From contig CAXIUT010000126.1 of assembly GCA_964035545.1 (NCBI GenBank), positions 124,001 to 188,000 of the forward strand: DNA of 64,000 bases, given 5' to 3'. Below the pieces are notes generated by a model. The model had not been told where the DNA came from. It saw nothing but the letters and a program-made list of their open reading frames with translations, and did no database searches. Of the stretch, positions 17,101 to 35,100 are shown one piece after another. The position numbers and the translations under genes were made by a program. The first letter of the stretch is position 1, and each line of letters opens with the position of its first letter. This stretch comes from Bugula neritina (Eukaryota > Animalia > Bryozoa).

Positions 17101-20100
17101 CCTTGAAAAATACTGCAACATACTGAAATACACTGCGACACATTGCAATATACTGTAACATACTGAAATATGCTGTAGCACACTGAAATACACTGCAACT
17201 CACTGAAATATACTGCAAAATACTGAAATACACTGTAACATATTGAAACATACTGCAACATACTGAAATACACTGTAACATACTGAAATACACTGCAAAA
17301 TACTACAACATGCTCAAATACACTGTAACATATTGATATACACTGCAACACATTGAAATATACTGCAACATACCGAAATATATGGTAAACTACTGAAATA
17401 TACTGTAACACATTGAAAAATACTGCAACATACTGCGACACATTGCAATATTTTGCAACATACTGAAATATGCTGTAGCACACTGAAATACACTGCAACT
17501 CACTGAAATATACTGCAAAATACTGAAATACACTGTAACATATTGAAACATATTGCAACATACTGAAATACACTGTAACATACTGAAATACACCACAAAT
17601 TACTAGAACATATTGAAATACACTGCAACACATTGAAATATACTGCAACATACTGAAATATACTGCGACACATTGTAATATACTGCAACATACTGAAATA
17701 TGCTGTAGCATACTGAAATGCACTGCAACATACTGAAATACCCTGCTACATACTGAAATACACTGCAACATACTGAAATACGCTGTAACATATTGAAATA
17801 CACTGCAACACATTGAAAAATACTGCAACATACTGAAATATACTGTAACACACTGAAATATACTACAACATACTGAAATACACTGTAACACACTGAAATA
17901 TACTGCAACATACTGAAATACACTGTAACATACTGAAATATACTGCAACATACTGAAATACACTGTAACATACTGAAATACACTGCAACATACTACAACA
18001 TATTGAAATACACTGCAACACATTGAAATATACTGCAACACACCGAAATATATGGTAAACTAATGAAATATACTGTAACACATTGAAAAATACTGCAACA
18101 TACTGAAATATACTGCGACACATTGCAATATACTGTAACATACTGAAATATGCTGTAGCACACTGAAATACACTGCAACTCACTGAAATATACTGCAACA
18201 TGCTGAAATACACTGTAACATATTGAAACATACTGCAACATACTGCAACATACTGAAATACACTGTAACAAACTGAAATACACTGCAAAACACAAGAACA
18301 TATTGAAATACACTGCAACACATTGAAATATACTGCAACATACTGTAACACATTGAAAATAACTGCAACATGCTGAAATATACTGCAAGATACTGCAACA
18401 TACTGAAATACGCCGCAAAATACTACAACATACTGAAATACACTGTAACATATTGAAATACACTGCAACACATTGAAATATACTGCGACGTCCTGAAATG
18501 TATGGTAAACTACTGAAATATACTGTAACACATTGAACAATACTGCAACATACTGAAATATACTGCGACACATTGCAATATACTGTAACATACTGAAATA
18601 TGCTGTAGCACACTGAAATACACTGCAACTCACTGAATTATACTGCAAAATACTGAAATACACTGTAACATATTGAAACATACTGCAACATACTGAAATA
18701 CACTGTAACATACTGAAATACACTGCAAATTACTAGAACATATTGAAATACACTGCAACACATTGAAATATACTGCAACATACCTAAATATATGGTAATA
18801 TACTGAAATATACGGTAACACATTGAAAAATACTGCAACATACTGAAATACACTGCAAGATACTGCAACATACTGAAATACGCGGCAAAATACTACAACA
18901 TACAGAAATACACTGTAACATATTGAAATACACTGCAACACATTGAAATATACTGCAACATACCGAAATATATGGTAAACTACTGAAATACACTTTAACA
19001 CATTGAAAAATACTGCAACATACTGAAATATACTGTAACACACTGAAATATACTACAACATACTGAAATACACTGTAACACACTGAAATATACTGCAACA
19101 TACTGAAATACACTGTAACATACTGAAATATACTGCAACATACTGAAATACACTTTAACATACTGAAATACACTGCAACATACTACAACATATTGAAATA
19201 CACTGCAACAGATTGAAATATACTGAAACATACCTAAATATACGGTAATATACCGAAAAATACTGTAACATATTGAAACATACTGCAACATACTGAAATA
19301 CACTGTAACATACTGAAATACACTGCAAATTACTAGAACATATTGAAATACACTGCAACACATTGAAACATACTGCAACATACCTAAATATATGGTAATA
19401 TACTGAAAAACACTGTAACACAATGAAATATACAGCAACATACTGAAATATACTGCGACACATTGCGATATACTGCAACATACTGAAATATGCTGTAGCA
19501 TACTGAAATGCACTGCAACATACTGAAATACCCTGCTACATACTGAAATAAACTGCAACATACTGAAATACAATGTAATATACTGAACTACACTGCAACA
19601 TACTGCAACATACTGGAATATGCTGTAACATATTGAAATACACTGCAACACATTGAAATATACTGCAAGTCGCTGAAATATAGTGTAATATACGGAAATG
19701 TACTGTAACATACTGGAGTAAACTGTAACACACTGAAATACACTGCAACACACTGAAATACACTGTAACTCACTGAAATATACTGCAACATACTGCAACA
19801 TACTGAAATACACTGTAACATACTGAAACACACTGCAACACACTGCATTATACTGACATACACTGGAACAAATTGAAATACACTGCAACTAAATGAAATA
19901 TACTGCAACACACTGAAACATACGGCAAAATACTGAAATATACTGCGACATACCTAAATATACGGTAATATACCGAAATACACTGTAACACATTGAAAAA
20001 TACTGCAAAATACTGAAATACACTGCAACACACTGAAATACACTGCAAAATACTACAACATGCTCAAATACACTGTAACATATTGATATACACTGCAACA

Positions 20101-23100
20101 CATTGAAATATACTGCAACATACCGAAATATATGGTAAACTACTGAAATATACTGTAACACCTTGAAAAATACTGCAACATACTGAAATACACTGCGACA
20201 CATTGCAATATACTGTAACATACTGAAATATACTGTAGCACACTGAAATACACTGCAACTCACTGAAATATACTGCAAAACACTGAAATACACTGTAACA
20301 TATTGAAACATACTGCAACATACTGAAATACACTGTAACATACTGAAATACACTGCAAAATACAACAACATGCTCAAATACACTGTAACATATTGATATA
20401 CACTGCAACACATTGAAATATACTGCAACATACCGAAATATATGGTAAACTACTGAAATATACTGTAACACATTGAAAAATACTGCAACATACTGCGACA
20501 CATTGCAATATTTTGCAACATACTGAAATATGCTGTAGCACACTGAAATACACTGCAACTCACTGAAATATACTGCAAAATACTGAAATACACTGTAACA
20601 TATTGAAACATATTGCAACATACTGAAATACACTGTAACATACTGAAATACACCACAAATTACTAGAACATATTGAAATACACTGCAACACATTGAAATA
20701 TACTGCAACATACCTAAATATATGGTAATATACTGAAATATACGGTAACACATTGAAAAATACTGCAACATACTGAAATACACTGCAAGATACTGCAACA
20801 TACTGAAATACGCGGCAAAATACTACAACATACTGAAATACACTGTAACATATTGAAATACACTGCAACACATTGAAATATACTGCAACGTACCGAAATG
20901 TGTGGTAAACTACTGAAATATACTGTAACACATTGAAATATACAGCAACATACTGAAATATACTGCGACACATTGTAATATACTGCAACATACTGAAATA
21001 TGCTGTAGCATACTGAAATGCACTGCAACATACTGAAATACCCTGCTACATACTGAAATACACTGCAACATACTGAAATACGCTGTAACATATTGAAATA
21101 CACTGCAACACATTGAAAAATACTGCAACATACTGAAATATACTGTAACACACTGAAATATACTACAACATACTGAAATACACTGTAACACACTGAAATA
21201 TACTGCAACATACTGAAATACACTGTAACATACTGAAATATACTGCAACATACTGAAATACACTGTAACATACTGAAATACACTGCAACATACTACAACA
21301 TATTGAAATACACTGCAACACATTGAAATATACTGCAACACACCGAAATATATGGTAAACTAATGAAATATACTGTAACACATTGAAAAATACTGCAACA
21401 TACTGAAATATACTGCGACACATTGCAATATACTGTAACATACTGAAATATGCTGTAGCACACTGAAATACACTGCAACTCACTGAAATATACTGCAACA
21501 TGCTGAAATACACTGTAACATATTGAAACATACTGCAACATACTGCAACATACTGAAATACACTGTAACAAACTGAAATACACTGCAAAACACAAGAACA
21601 TATTGAAATACACTGCAACACATTGAAATATACTGCAACATACTGTAACACATTGAAAATAACTGCAACATGCTGAAATATACTGCAAGATACTGCAACA
21701 TAATGAAATACGCCGCAAAATACTACAACATACTGAAATACACTGTAACATATTGAAATACACTGCAACACATTGAAATATACTGCGACGTCCTGAAATG
21801 TATGGTAAACTACTGAAATATACTGTAACACATTGAACAATACTGCAACATACTGAAATATACTGCGACACATTGCAATATACTGTAACATACTGAAATA
21901 TGCTGTAGCACACTGAAATACACTGCAACTCACTGAATTATACTGCAAAATACTGAAATACACTGTAACATATTGAAACATACTGCAACATACTGAAATA
22001 CACTGTAACATACTGAAATACACTGCAAATTACTAGAACATATTGAAATACACTGCAACACATTGAAATATACTGCAACATACCTAAATATATGGTAATA
22101 TACTGAAATATACGGTAACACATTGAAAAATACTGCAAAATACTGAAATACACTGCAAGATACTGCAACATACTGAAATACGCGGCAAAATACTACAACA
22201 TACAGAAATACACTGTAACATATTGAAATACACTGCAACACATTGAAATATACTGCAACGTACCGAAGTGTATGGTAAACTACTGAAATATACTGTAACA
22301 CATTGAAATATACAGCAACATACTGAAATATACTGCGACACATTGCAATATACTGCAACATACTGAAATATGCTGTAGCATACTGAAATGCACTGCAACA
22401 TACTGAAATACCCTGCTACATACTGAAAAACACTGCAACATACTGAAATACGCTGTAACATATTGAAATACACTGCAACACACTGAAATATACTGCAACA
22501 TACCGAAATATATGGTAAACTACTGAAATACACTTTAACACATTGAGAAATACTGCAACATACTGAAATATACTGTAACACACTGAAATATACTACAACA
22601 TACTGAAATACACTGTAACACACTGAAATATACTGCAACATACTGAAATACACTGTAACATACTGAAATATACTGCAACATACTGAAATACACTGTAACA
22701 TACTGAAATACACTGCAACATACTACAACATATTGAAATACACTGCAACAGATTGAAATATACTGAAACATACCTAAATACACGGTAATATACCGAAATA
22801 TACTGTAACACATTGAAAAATACTGCAAAATACTGAAGTACACTGCAACACACTGAAATATTCTGCAAAAAACTACAACATGCTGAAATACACTGTAACA
22901 TATTGAAATATACTGCAACATACCGAAATATATGGTAAACTAATGAAATATACTGTAACACATTGAAAAACACTGCAACAAACTGAAATATACTGCGACA
23001 GATTGCAATATACTGTAACATACTGAAATATGCTGTAGCACACTGAAATACACTGCAACTCACTGAAATATACTGCAACATACTGAAATACACCGTAACA

Positions 23101-26100
23101 TATTGAAACATACTGCAACGTACTGCAACATACTGAAATATACTGCGACACATTGCAATATACTGCAACATACTGAAATATGCTGTAGCATACTGAAATA
23201 CACTGCACTATACTGAAATACCCTGCTACATATTGAAATGAACTGCAACACACTGAAATACAATGTAATATACTGAATTACACTGCAACACACTGCAACA
23301 TACCGAAATACGCTGTAACATATTGCAATACACTGCAACACATTGAAATATACTGTAACTCGCTGAAATATAGTTTAATATACGGAAATGTGTTGTAACA
23401 TACTGGAAAAAACAGTAACACACTGAAATATACTGCAACATACTGAAATATACTGCAACATACTGAAATACACTGCTACATACTAAAACATACTGAAATG
23501 TACTGCAAGATACTGCAACATACTGAAATACACTGTAACATACTGAAACACACTGCAACATACTGCATTATACTGACATACACTGGAACAAATTGAAATA
23601 CACTGCAACTAAATGAAATATACTGCAACACACTGAAACATACGGCAACATACTGAAATATACTGCGACATACCTAAATATACGGTAATATACCGAAATA
23701 CACTGTAACACATTGAAAAATACTGCAAAATACTGAAATACACTGCAACACACTGAAATACACTGCAAAATACTACAACATGCTCAAATACACTGTAACA
23801 TATTGATATACACTGCAACACATTGAAATATACTGCAACATGCCGAAATATATGGTAAACTACTGAAATATACTGTAACACCTTGAAAAATACTGCAACA
23901 TACTGAAATACACTGCGACACATTGCAATATACTGTAACATACTGAAATATACTGTAGCACACTGAAATACACTGCAACTCACTGAAATATACTGCAAAA
24001 CACTGAAATACACTGTAACATATTGAAACATACTGCAACATACTGAAATACACTGTAACATACTGAAATACACTGCAAAATACTACAACATGCTCAAATA
24101 CACTGTAACATATTGATATACACTGCAACACATTGAAATATACTGCAACATACCGAAATATATGGTAAACTACTGAAATATACTGTAACACATTGAAAAA
24201 TACTGCAACATACTGCGACACATTGCAATATTTTGCAACATACTGAAATATGCTGTAGCACACTGAAATACACTGCAACTCAATGAAATATACTGCAAAA
24301 TACTGAAATACACTGTAACATATTGAAACATATTGCAACATACTGAAATACACTGTAACATACTGAAATACACCACAAATTACTAGAACATATTGAAATA
24401 CACTGCAACACATTGAAATATACTGCAACATACCTAAATATATGGTAATATACTGAAATATACAGTAACACATTGAAAAATACTGCAACATACTGAAATA
24501 CACTGCAAGATACTGCAACATACTGAAATACGCGGCAAAATACTACAACATACTGAAATACACTGTAACATATTGAAATACACTGCAACACATTGAAATA
24601 TACTGCAACGTACCGAAATGTATGGTAAACTACTGAAATATACTGTAACACATTGAAATATACAGCAACATACTGAAATATACTGCGACACATTGTAATA
24701 TACTGCAACATACTGAAATATGCTGTAGCATACTGAAATGCACTGCAACATACTGAAATACCCTGCTACATACTGAAATACACTGCAACATACTGAAATA
24801 CGCTGTAACATATTGAAATACACTGCAACACATTGAAAAATACTGCAACATACTGAAATATACTGTAACACACTGAAATATACTACAACATACTGAAATA
24901 CACTGTAACACACTGAAATATACTGCAACATACTGAAATACACTGTAACATACTGAAATATACTGCAACATACTGAAATACACTGTAACATACTGAAATA
25001 CACTGCAACATACTACAACATATTGAAATACACTGCAACACATTGAAATATACTGCAACACACCGAAATATATGGTAAACTAATGAAATATACTGTAACA
25101 CATTGAAAAATATTGCAACATACTGAAATATACTGCGACACATTGCAATATACTGTAACATACTGAAATATGCTGTAGCACACTGAAATACACTGCAACT
25201 CACTGAAATATACTGCAACATGCTGAAATACACTGTAACATATTGAAACATACTGCAACATACTGCAACATACTGAAATACACTGTAACAAACTGAAATA
25301 CACTGCAAAACACAAGAACATATTGAAATACACTGCAACACATTGAAATATACTGCAACATACTGTAACACATTGAAAATAACTGCAACATGCTGAAATA
25401 TACTGCAAGATACTGCAACATACTGAAATACGCCGCAAAATACTACAACATACTGAAATACACTGTAACATATTGAAATACACTGCAACACATTGAAATA
25501 TACTGCGACGTCCTGAAATGTATGGTAAACTACTGAAATATACTGTAACACATTGAACAATACTGCAACATACTGAAATATACTGCGACACATTGCAATA
25601 TACTGTAACACACTGAAATATGTTGTAGCACACTGAAATTTACTGCAACTCACTGAAATATACTGCAACATACTGAAATACACTGCTACATACTGAAATA
25701 TACTGCAACACATTGAAATATACAGCAACATACTGAAATATACTGCGACACATTGCAGTATACTGCAACATAGTGAAATATGCTGTAGCATACCGAAATG
25801 CACTGCAACATACTGAAATACCCTGCTGCATACTGAAATACACTGCACCATACTGAAATACGCTGTAACATATTGAAATACACTGCAACACATTGAAATA
25901 TACTGCAACATACCGAAATATATGGTAAACTACTGAAATACACTTTAACACATTGAAAAATACTGCAACATACTGAAATACACCGTAACATATTGAAACA
26001 TACTGCAACGTACTGCAACATACTGAAATATACTGCGACACATTGCAATATACTGCAACATACTGAAATATGCTGTAGCATACTGAAATACACTGCACTA

Positions 26101-29100
26101 TACTGAAATACCCTGCTACATATTGAAATGAACTGCAACACACTGAAATACAATGTAATATACTGAATTACACTGCAACACACTGCAACATACCGAAATA
26201 CGCTGTAACATATTGCAATACACTGCAACACATTGAAATATACTGTAACTCGCTGAAATATAGTTTAATATACGGAAATGTGTTGTAACATACTGGAAAA
26301 AACAGTAACACACTGAAATATACTGCAACATACTGAAATATATTGCAACATACTGAAATACACTGCTACATACTAAAACATACTGAAATGTACTGCAAGA
26401 TACTGCAACATACTGAAATACACTGTAACATACTGAAACACACTGCAACATACTGCATTATACTGACATACACTGGAACAAATTGAAATACACTGCAACT
26501 AAATGAAATATACTGCAACACACTGAAACATACGGCAACATACTGAAATATACTGCGACATACCTAAATATACGGTAATATACCGAAATACACTGTAACA
26601 CATTTAAAAAATACTGCAAAATACTGAAATACACTGCAACACACTGAAATACACTGCAAAATACTACAACATGCTCAAATACACTGTAACATTTTGATAT
26701 ACACTGCAACACATTGAAATATACTGCAACATACCGAAATATATGGTAAACTACTGAAATATACTGTAACACCTTGAAAAATACTGCAACATACTGAAAT
26801 ACACTGCGACACATTGCAATATACTGTAACATACTGAAATATGCTGTAGCACACTGAAATACACTGCAACTCACTGAAATATACTGCAAAATACTGAAAT
26901 ACACTGTAACATATTGAAACATACTGCAACATACTGAAATACACTGTAACATACTGAAATACACTGCAAAATACTACAACATGCTCAAATACACTGTAAC
27001 ATATTGATATACACTGCAACACATTGAAATATACTGCAACATACCGAAATATATGGTAAACTACTGAAATATACTGTAACACATTGAAAAATACTGCAAC
27101 ATACTGCGACACATTGCAATATTTTGCAACATACTGAAATATGCTGTAGCACACTGAAATACACTGCAACTCACTGAAATATACTGCAAAATACTGAAAT
27201 ACACTGTAACATATTGAAACATATTGCAACATACTGAAATACACTGTAACATACTGAAATACACCACAAATTACTAGAACATATTGAAATACACTGCAAC
27301 ACATTGAAATATACTGCAACATACTGAAATATACTGCGACACATTGTAATATACTGCAACATACTGAAATATGCTGTAGCATACTGAAATGCACTGCAAC
27401 ATACTGAAATACCCTGCTACATACTGAAATACACTGCAACATACTGAAATACGCTGTAACATATTGAAATACACTGCAACACATTGAAAAATACTGCAAC
27501 ATACTGAAATATACTGTAACACACTGAAATATACTACAACATACTGAAATACACTGTAACACACTGAAATATACTGCAACATACTGAAATACACTGTAAC
27601 ATACTGAAATATACTGCAACATACTGAAATACACTGTAACATACTGAAATACACTGCAACATACTACAACATATTGAAATACACTGCAACACATTGAAAT
27701 ATACTGCAACACACCGAAATATATGGTAAACTAATGAAATATACTGTAACACATTGAAAAATACTGCAACATACTGAAATATACTGCGACACATTGCAAT
27801 ATACTGTAACATACTGAAATATGCTGTAGCACACTGAAATACACTGCAACTCACTGAAATATACTGCAACATGCTGAAATACACTGTAACATATTGAAAC
27901 ATACTGCAACATACTGCAACATACTGAAATACACTGTAACAAACTGAAATACACTGCAAAACACAAGAACATATTGAAATACACTGCAACACATTGAAAT
28001 ATACTGCAACATACTGTAACACATTGAAAATAACTGCAACATGCTGAAATATACTGCAAGATACTGCAACATACTGAAATACGCCGCAAAATACTACAAC
28101 ATACTGAAATACACTGTAACATATTGAAATACACTGCAACACATTGAAATATACTGCGACGTCCTGAAATGTATGGTAAACTACTGAAATATACTGTAAC
28201 ACATTGAACAATACTGCAACATACTGAAATATACTGCGACACATTGCAATATACTGTAACATACTGAAATATGCTGTAGCACACTGAAATACACTGCAAC
28301 TCACTGAATTATACTGCAAAATACTGAAATACACTGTAACATATTGAAACATACTGCAACATACTGAAATACACTGTAACATACTGAAATACACTGCAAA
28401 TTACTAGAACATATTGAAATACACTGCAACACATTGAAATATACTGCAACATACCTAAATATATGGTAATATACTGAAATATACGGTAACACATTGAAAA
28501 ATACTGCAACATACTGAAATACACTGCAAGATACTGCAACATACTGAAATACGCGGCAAAATACTACAACATACAGAAATACACTGTAACATATTGAAAT
28601 ACACTGCAACACATTGAAATATACTGCAACATACCGAAATATATGGTAAACTACTGAAATACACTTTAACACATTGAAAAATACTGCAACATACTGAAAT
28701 ATACTGTAACACACTGAAATATACTACAACATACTGAAATACACTGTAACACACTGAAATATACTGCAACATACTGAAATACACTGTAACATACTGAAAT
28801 ATACTGCAACATACTGAAATACACTTTAACATACTGAAATACACTGCAACATACTACAACATATTGAAATACACTGCAACAGATTGAAATATACTGAAAC
28901 ATACCTAAATATACGGTAATATACCGAAAAATACTGTAACATATTGAAACATACTGCAACATACTGAAATACACTGTAACATACTGAAATACACTGCAAA
29001 TTACTAGAACATATTGAAATACACTGCAACACATTGAAACATACTGCAACATACCTAAATATATGGTAATATACTGAAAAACACTGTAACACAATGAAAT

Positions 29101-32100
29101 ATACAGCAACATACTGAAATATACTGCGACACATTGCGATATACTGCAACATACTGAAATATGCTGTAGCATACTGAAATGCACTGCAACATACTGAAAT
29201 ACCCTGCTACATACTGAAATAAACTGCAACATACTGAAATACAATGTAATATACTGAACTACACTGCAACATACTGCAACATACTGGAATATGCTGTAAC
29301 ATATTGAAATACACTGCAACACATTGAAATATACTGCAAGTCGCTGAAATATAGTGTAATATACGGAAATGTACTGTAACATACTGGAGTAAACTGTAAC
29401 ACACTGAAATACACTGCAACACACTGAAATACACTGTAACTCACTGAAATATACTGCAACATACTGCAACATACTGAAATACACTGTAACATATTGAAAT
29501 ACACTGCAACACATTGAAATATACTGCTCCATACCGAAATATATGGTAAACTACTGAAATACACTTTAACACATTGAAAAATACTGCAACATACTGAAGT
29601 ATACTGTAACACACTGAAATATACTACAACATACTGAAATACACTGTAACACACTGAAATATACTGCAACATACTGGAATACACTGTAACATACTGAAAT
29701 ATACTGCAACATACTGAAATATGCTGTAGCATACTGAAATACACTGCACTATACTGAAATACCCTGCTACATATTGAAATGAACTGCAACACACTGAAAT
29801 ACAATGTAATATACTGAATTACACTGCAACACACTGCAACATACCGAAATACGCTGTAACATATTGCAATACACTGCAACACATTGAAATATACTGTAAC
29901 TCGCTGAAATATAGTTTAATATACGGAAATGTGTTGTAACATACTGGAAAAAACAGTAACACACTGAAATATACTGCAACATACTGAAATATACTGCAAC
30001 ATACTGAAATACACTGCTACATACTAAAACATACTGAAATGTACTGCAAGATACTGCAACATACTGAAATACACTGTAACATACTGAAACACACTGCAAC
30101 ATACTGCATTATACTGACATACACTGGAACAAATTGAAATACACTGCAACTAAATGAAATATACTGCAACACACTGAAACATACGGCAACATACTGAAAT
30201 ATACTGCGACATACCTAAATATACGGTAATATACCGAAATACACTGTAACACATTGAAAAATACTGCAAAATACTGAAATACACTGCAACACACTGAAAT
30301 ACACTGCAAAATACTACAACATGCTCAAATACACTGTAACATATTGATATACACTGCAACACATTGAAATATACTGCAACATACCGAAATATATGGTAAA
30401 CTACTGAAATATACTGTAACACCTTGAAAAATACTGCAACATACTGAAATACACTGCGACACATTGCAATATACTGTAACATACTGAAATATACTGTAGC
30501 ACACTGAAATACACTGCAACTCACTGAAATATACTGCAAAACACTGAAATACACTGTAACATATTGAAACATACTGCAACATACTGAAATACACTGTAAC
30601 ATACTGAAATACACTGCAAAATACTACAACATGCTCAAATACACTGTAACATATTGATATACACTGCAACACATTGAAATATACTGCAACATACCGAAAT
30701 ATATGGTAAACTACTGAAATATACTGTAACACATTGAAAAATACTGCAACATACTGCGACACATTGCAATATTTTGCAACATACTGAAATATGCTGTAGC
30801 ACACTGAAATACACTGCAACTCACTGAAATATACTGCAAAATACTGAAATACACTGTAACATATTGAAACATATTGCAACATACTGAAATACACTGTAAC
30901 ATACTGAAATACACCACAAATTACTAGAACATATTGAAATACACTGCAACACATTGAAATATACTGCAACATACCTAAATATATGGCAATATATTGAAAT
31001 ATACGGTAACACATTGAAAAATACTGCAACATACTGAAATACACTGCAAGATACTGCAACATACTGAAATACGCGGCAAAATACTACAACATACTGAAAT
31101 ACACTGTAACATATTGAAATACACTGCAACACATTGAAATATACTGCAACGTACCGAAATGTGTGGTAAACTACTGAAATATACTGTAACACATTGAAGT
31201 ATACAGCAACATACTGAAATATACTGCGACACATTGTAATATACTGCAACATACTGAAATATGCTGTAGCATACTGAAATGCACTGCAACATACTGAAAT
31301 ACCCTGCTACATACTGAAATACACTGCAACATACTGAAATACGCTGTAACATATTGAAATACACTGCAACACATTGAAAAATACTGCAACATACTGAAAT
31401 ATACTGTAACACACTGAAATATACTACAACATACTGAAATACACTGTAACACACTGAAATATGCTGCAACATACTGAAATACACTGTAACATACTGAAAT
31501 ATACTGCAACATACTGAAATACACTGCAACATACTACAACATATTGAAATACACTGCAACACATTGAAATATACTGCAACACACCGAAATATATGGTAAA
31601 CTAATGAAATATACTGTAACACATTGAAAAATACTGCAACATACTGAAATATACTCCGACACATTGCAATATACTGTAACATACTGAAATATGCTGTAGC
31701 GCAACTGAAATACACTGCAACTCACTGAAATATACTGCAACATGCTGAAATACACTGTAACATATTGAAACATACTGCAACATACTGCAACATACTGAAA
31801 TACACTGTAACAAACTGAAATACACTGCAAAACACAAGAACATATTGAAATACACTGCAACACATTGAAATATACTGCAACATACTGTAACACATTGAAA
31901 ATAACTGCAACATGCTGAAATATACTGCAAGATACTGCAACATACTGAAATAGGCCGCAAAATACTACAACATACTGAAATACACTGTAACATATTGAAA
32001 TACACTGCAACACATTGAAATATACTGCGACGTCCTGAAATGTATGGTAAACTACTGAAATATACTGTAACACATTGAACAATACTGCAACATACTGAAA

Positions 32101-35100
32101 TATACTGCGACACATTGCAATATACTGTAACATACTGAAATATGCTGTAGCACACTGAAATACACTGCAACTCACTGAATTATACTGCAAAATACTGAAA
32201 TACACTGTAACATATTGAAACATACTGCAACATACTGAAATACACTGTAACATACTGAAATACACTGCAAATTACTAGAACATATTGAAATACACTGCAA
32301 CACATTGAAATATACTGCAACATACCTAAATATATGGTAATATACTGAAATATACGGTAACACATTGAAAAATACTGCAACATACTGAAATACACTGCAA
32401 GATACTGCAACATACTGAAATACGCGGCAAAATACTACAACATACAGAAATACACTGTAACATATTGAAATACACTGCAACACATTGAAATATACTGCAA
32501 CGTACCGAAGTGTATGGTAAACTACTGAAATATACTGTAACACATTGAAATATACAGCAACATACTGAAATATACTGCGACACATTGCAATATACTGCAA
32601 CATACTGAAATATGCTGTAGCATACTGAAATGCACTGCAATATACTGAAATACCCTGCTACATACTGAAATACACTGCAACATACTGAAATACGCTGTAA
32701 CATATTGAAATACACTGCAACACACTAAAATATACTGCAACATACCGAAATATATGGTAAACTACTGAAATACACTTTAACACATTGAGAAATACTGCAA
32801 CATACTGAAATATACTGTAACACACTGAAATATACTACAACATACTGAAATACACTGTAACACACTGAAATATACTGCAACATACTGAAATACACTGTAA
32901 CATACTGAAATATACTGCAACATACTGAAATACACTGTAACATACTGAAATACACTGCAACATACTACAACATATTGAAATACACTGCAACAGATTGAAA
33001 TATACTGAAACATACCTAAATACACGGTAATATACCGAAATATACTGTAACACATTGAAAAATACTGCAAAATACTGAAGTACACTGCAACACACTGAAA
33101 TATTCTGCAAAAAACTACAACATGCTGAAATACACTGTAACATATTGAAATATACTGCAACATACCGAAATATATGGTAAACTAATGAAATATACTGTAA
33201 CACATTGAAAAACACTGCAACAAACTGAAATATACTGCGACAGATTGCAATATACTGTAACATACTGAAATATGCTGTAGCACACTGAAATACACTGCAA
33301 CTCACTGAAATATACTGCAACATACTGAAATACACCGTAACATATTGAAACATACTGCAACGTACTGCAACATACTGAAATATACTGCGACACATTGCAA
33401 TATACTGCAACATACTGAAATATGCTGTAGCATACTGAAATACACTGCACTATACTGAAATACCCTGCTACATATTGAAATGAACTGCAACACACTGAAA
33501 TACAATGTAATATACTGAATTACACTGCAACACACTGCAACATACCGAAATACGCTGTAACATATTGCAATACACTGCAACACATTGAAATATACTGTAA
33601 CTCGCTGAAATATAGTTTAATATACGGAAATGTGTTGTAACATACTGGAAAAAACAGTAACACACTGAAATATACTGCAACATACTGAAATATACTGCAA
33701 CATACTGAAATACACTGCTACATACTAAAACATACTGAAATGTACTGCAAGATACTGCAACATACTGAAATACACTGTAACATACTGAAACACACTGCAA
33801 CACACTGCATTATACTGACAGACACTGGAACAAATTGAAATACACTGCAACTAAATGAAATATACTGCAACACACTGAAACATACGGCAACATACTGAAA
33901 TATACTGCGACATACCTAAATATACGGTAATATACCGAAATACACTGTAACACATTGAAAAATACTGCAAAATACTGAAATACACTGCAACACACTGAAA
34001 TACACTGCAAAATACTACAACATGCTCAAATACACTGTAACATATTGATATACACTGCAACACATTGAAATATACTGCAACATACCGAAATATATGGTAA
34101 ACTACTGAAATATACTGTAACACCTTGAAAAATACTGCAACATACTGAAATACACTGCGACACATTGCAATATACTGTAACATACTGAAATATACTGTAG
34201 CACACTGAAATACACTGCAACTCACTGAAATATACTGCAAAACACTGAAATACACTGTAACATATTGAAACATACTGCAACATACTGAAATACACTGTAA
34301 CATACTGAAATACACTGCAAAATACTACAACATGCTCAAATACACTGTAACATATTGATATACACTGCAACACATTGAAATATACTGCAACATACCGAAA
34401 TATATGGTAAACTACTGAAATATACTGTAACACATTGAAAAATACTGCAACATACTGCGACACATTGCAATATTTTGCAACATACTGAAATATGCTGTAG
34501 CACACTGAAATACACTGCAACTCAATGAAATATACTGCAAAATACTGAAATACACTGTAACATATTGAAACATATTGCAACATACTGAAATACACTGTAA
34601 CATACTGAAATACACCACAAATTACTAGAACATATTGAAATACACTGCAACACATTGAAATATACTGCAACATACCTAAATATATGGTAATATACTGAAA
34701 TATACGGTAACACATTGAAAAATACTGCAACATACTGAAATACACTGCAAGATACTGCAACATACTGAAATACGCGGCAAAATACTACAACATACTGAAA
34801 TACACTGTAACATATTGAAATACACTGCAACACATTGAAATATACTGCAACGTACCGAAATGTATGGTAAACTACTGAAATATACTGTAACACATTGAAA
34901 TATACAGCAACATACTGAAATATACTGCGACACATTGTAATATACTGCAACATACTGAAATATGCTGTAGCATACTGAAATGCACTGCAACATACTGAAA
35001 TACCCTGCTACATACTGAAATACACTGCAACATACTGAAATACGCTGTAACATATTGAAATACACTGCAACACATTGAAAAATACTGCAACATACTGAAA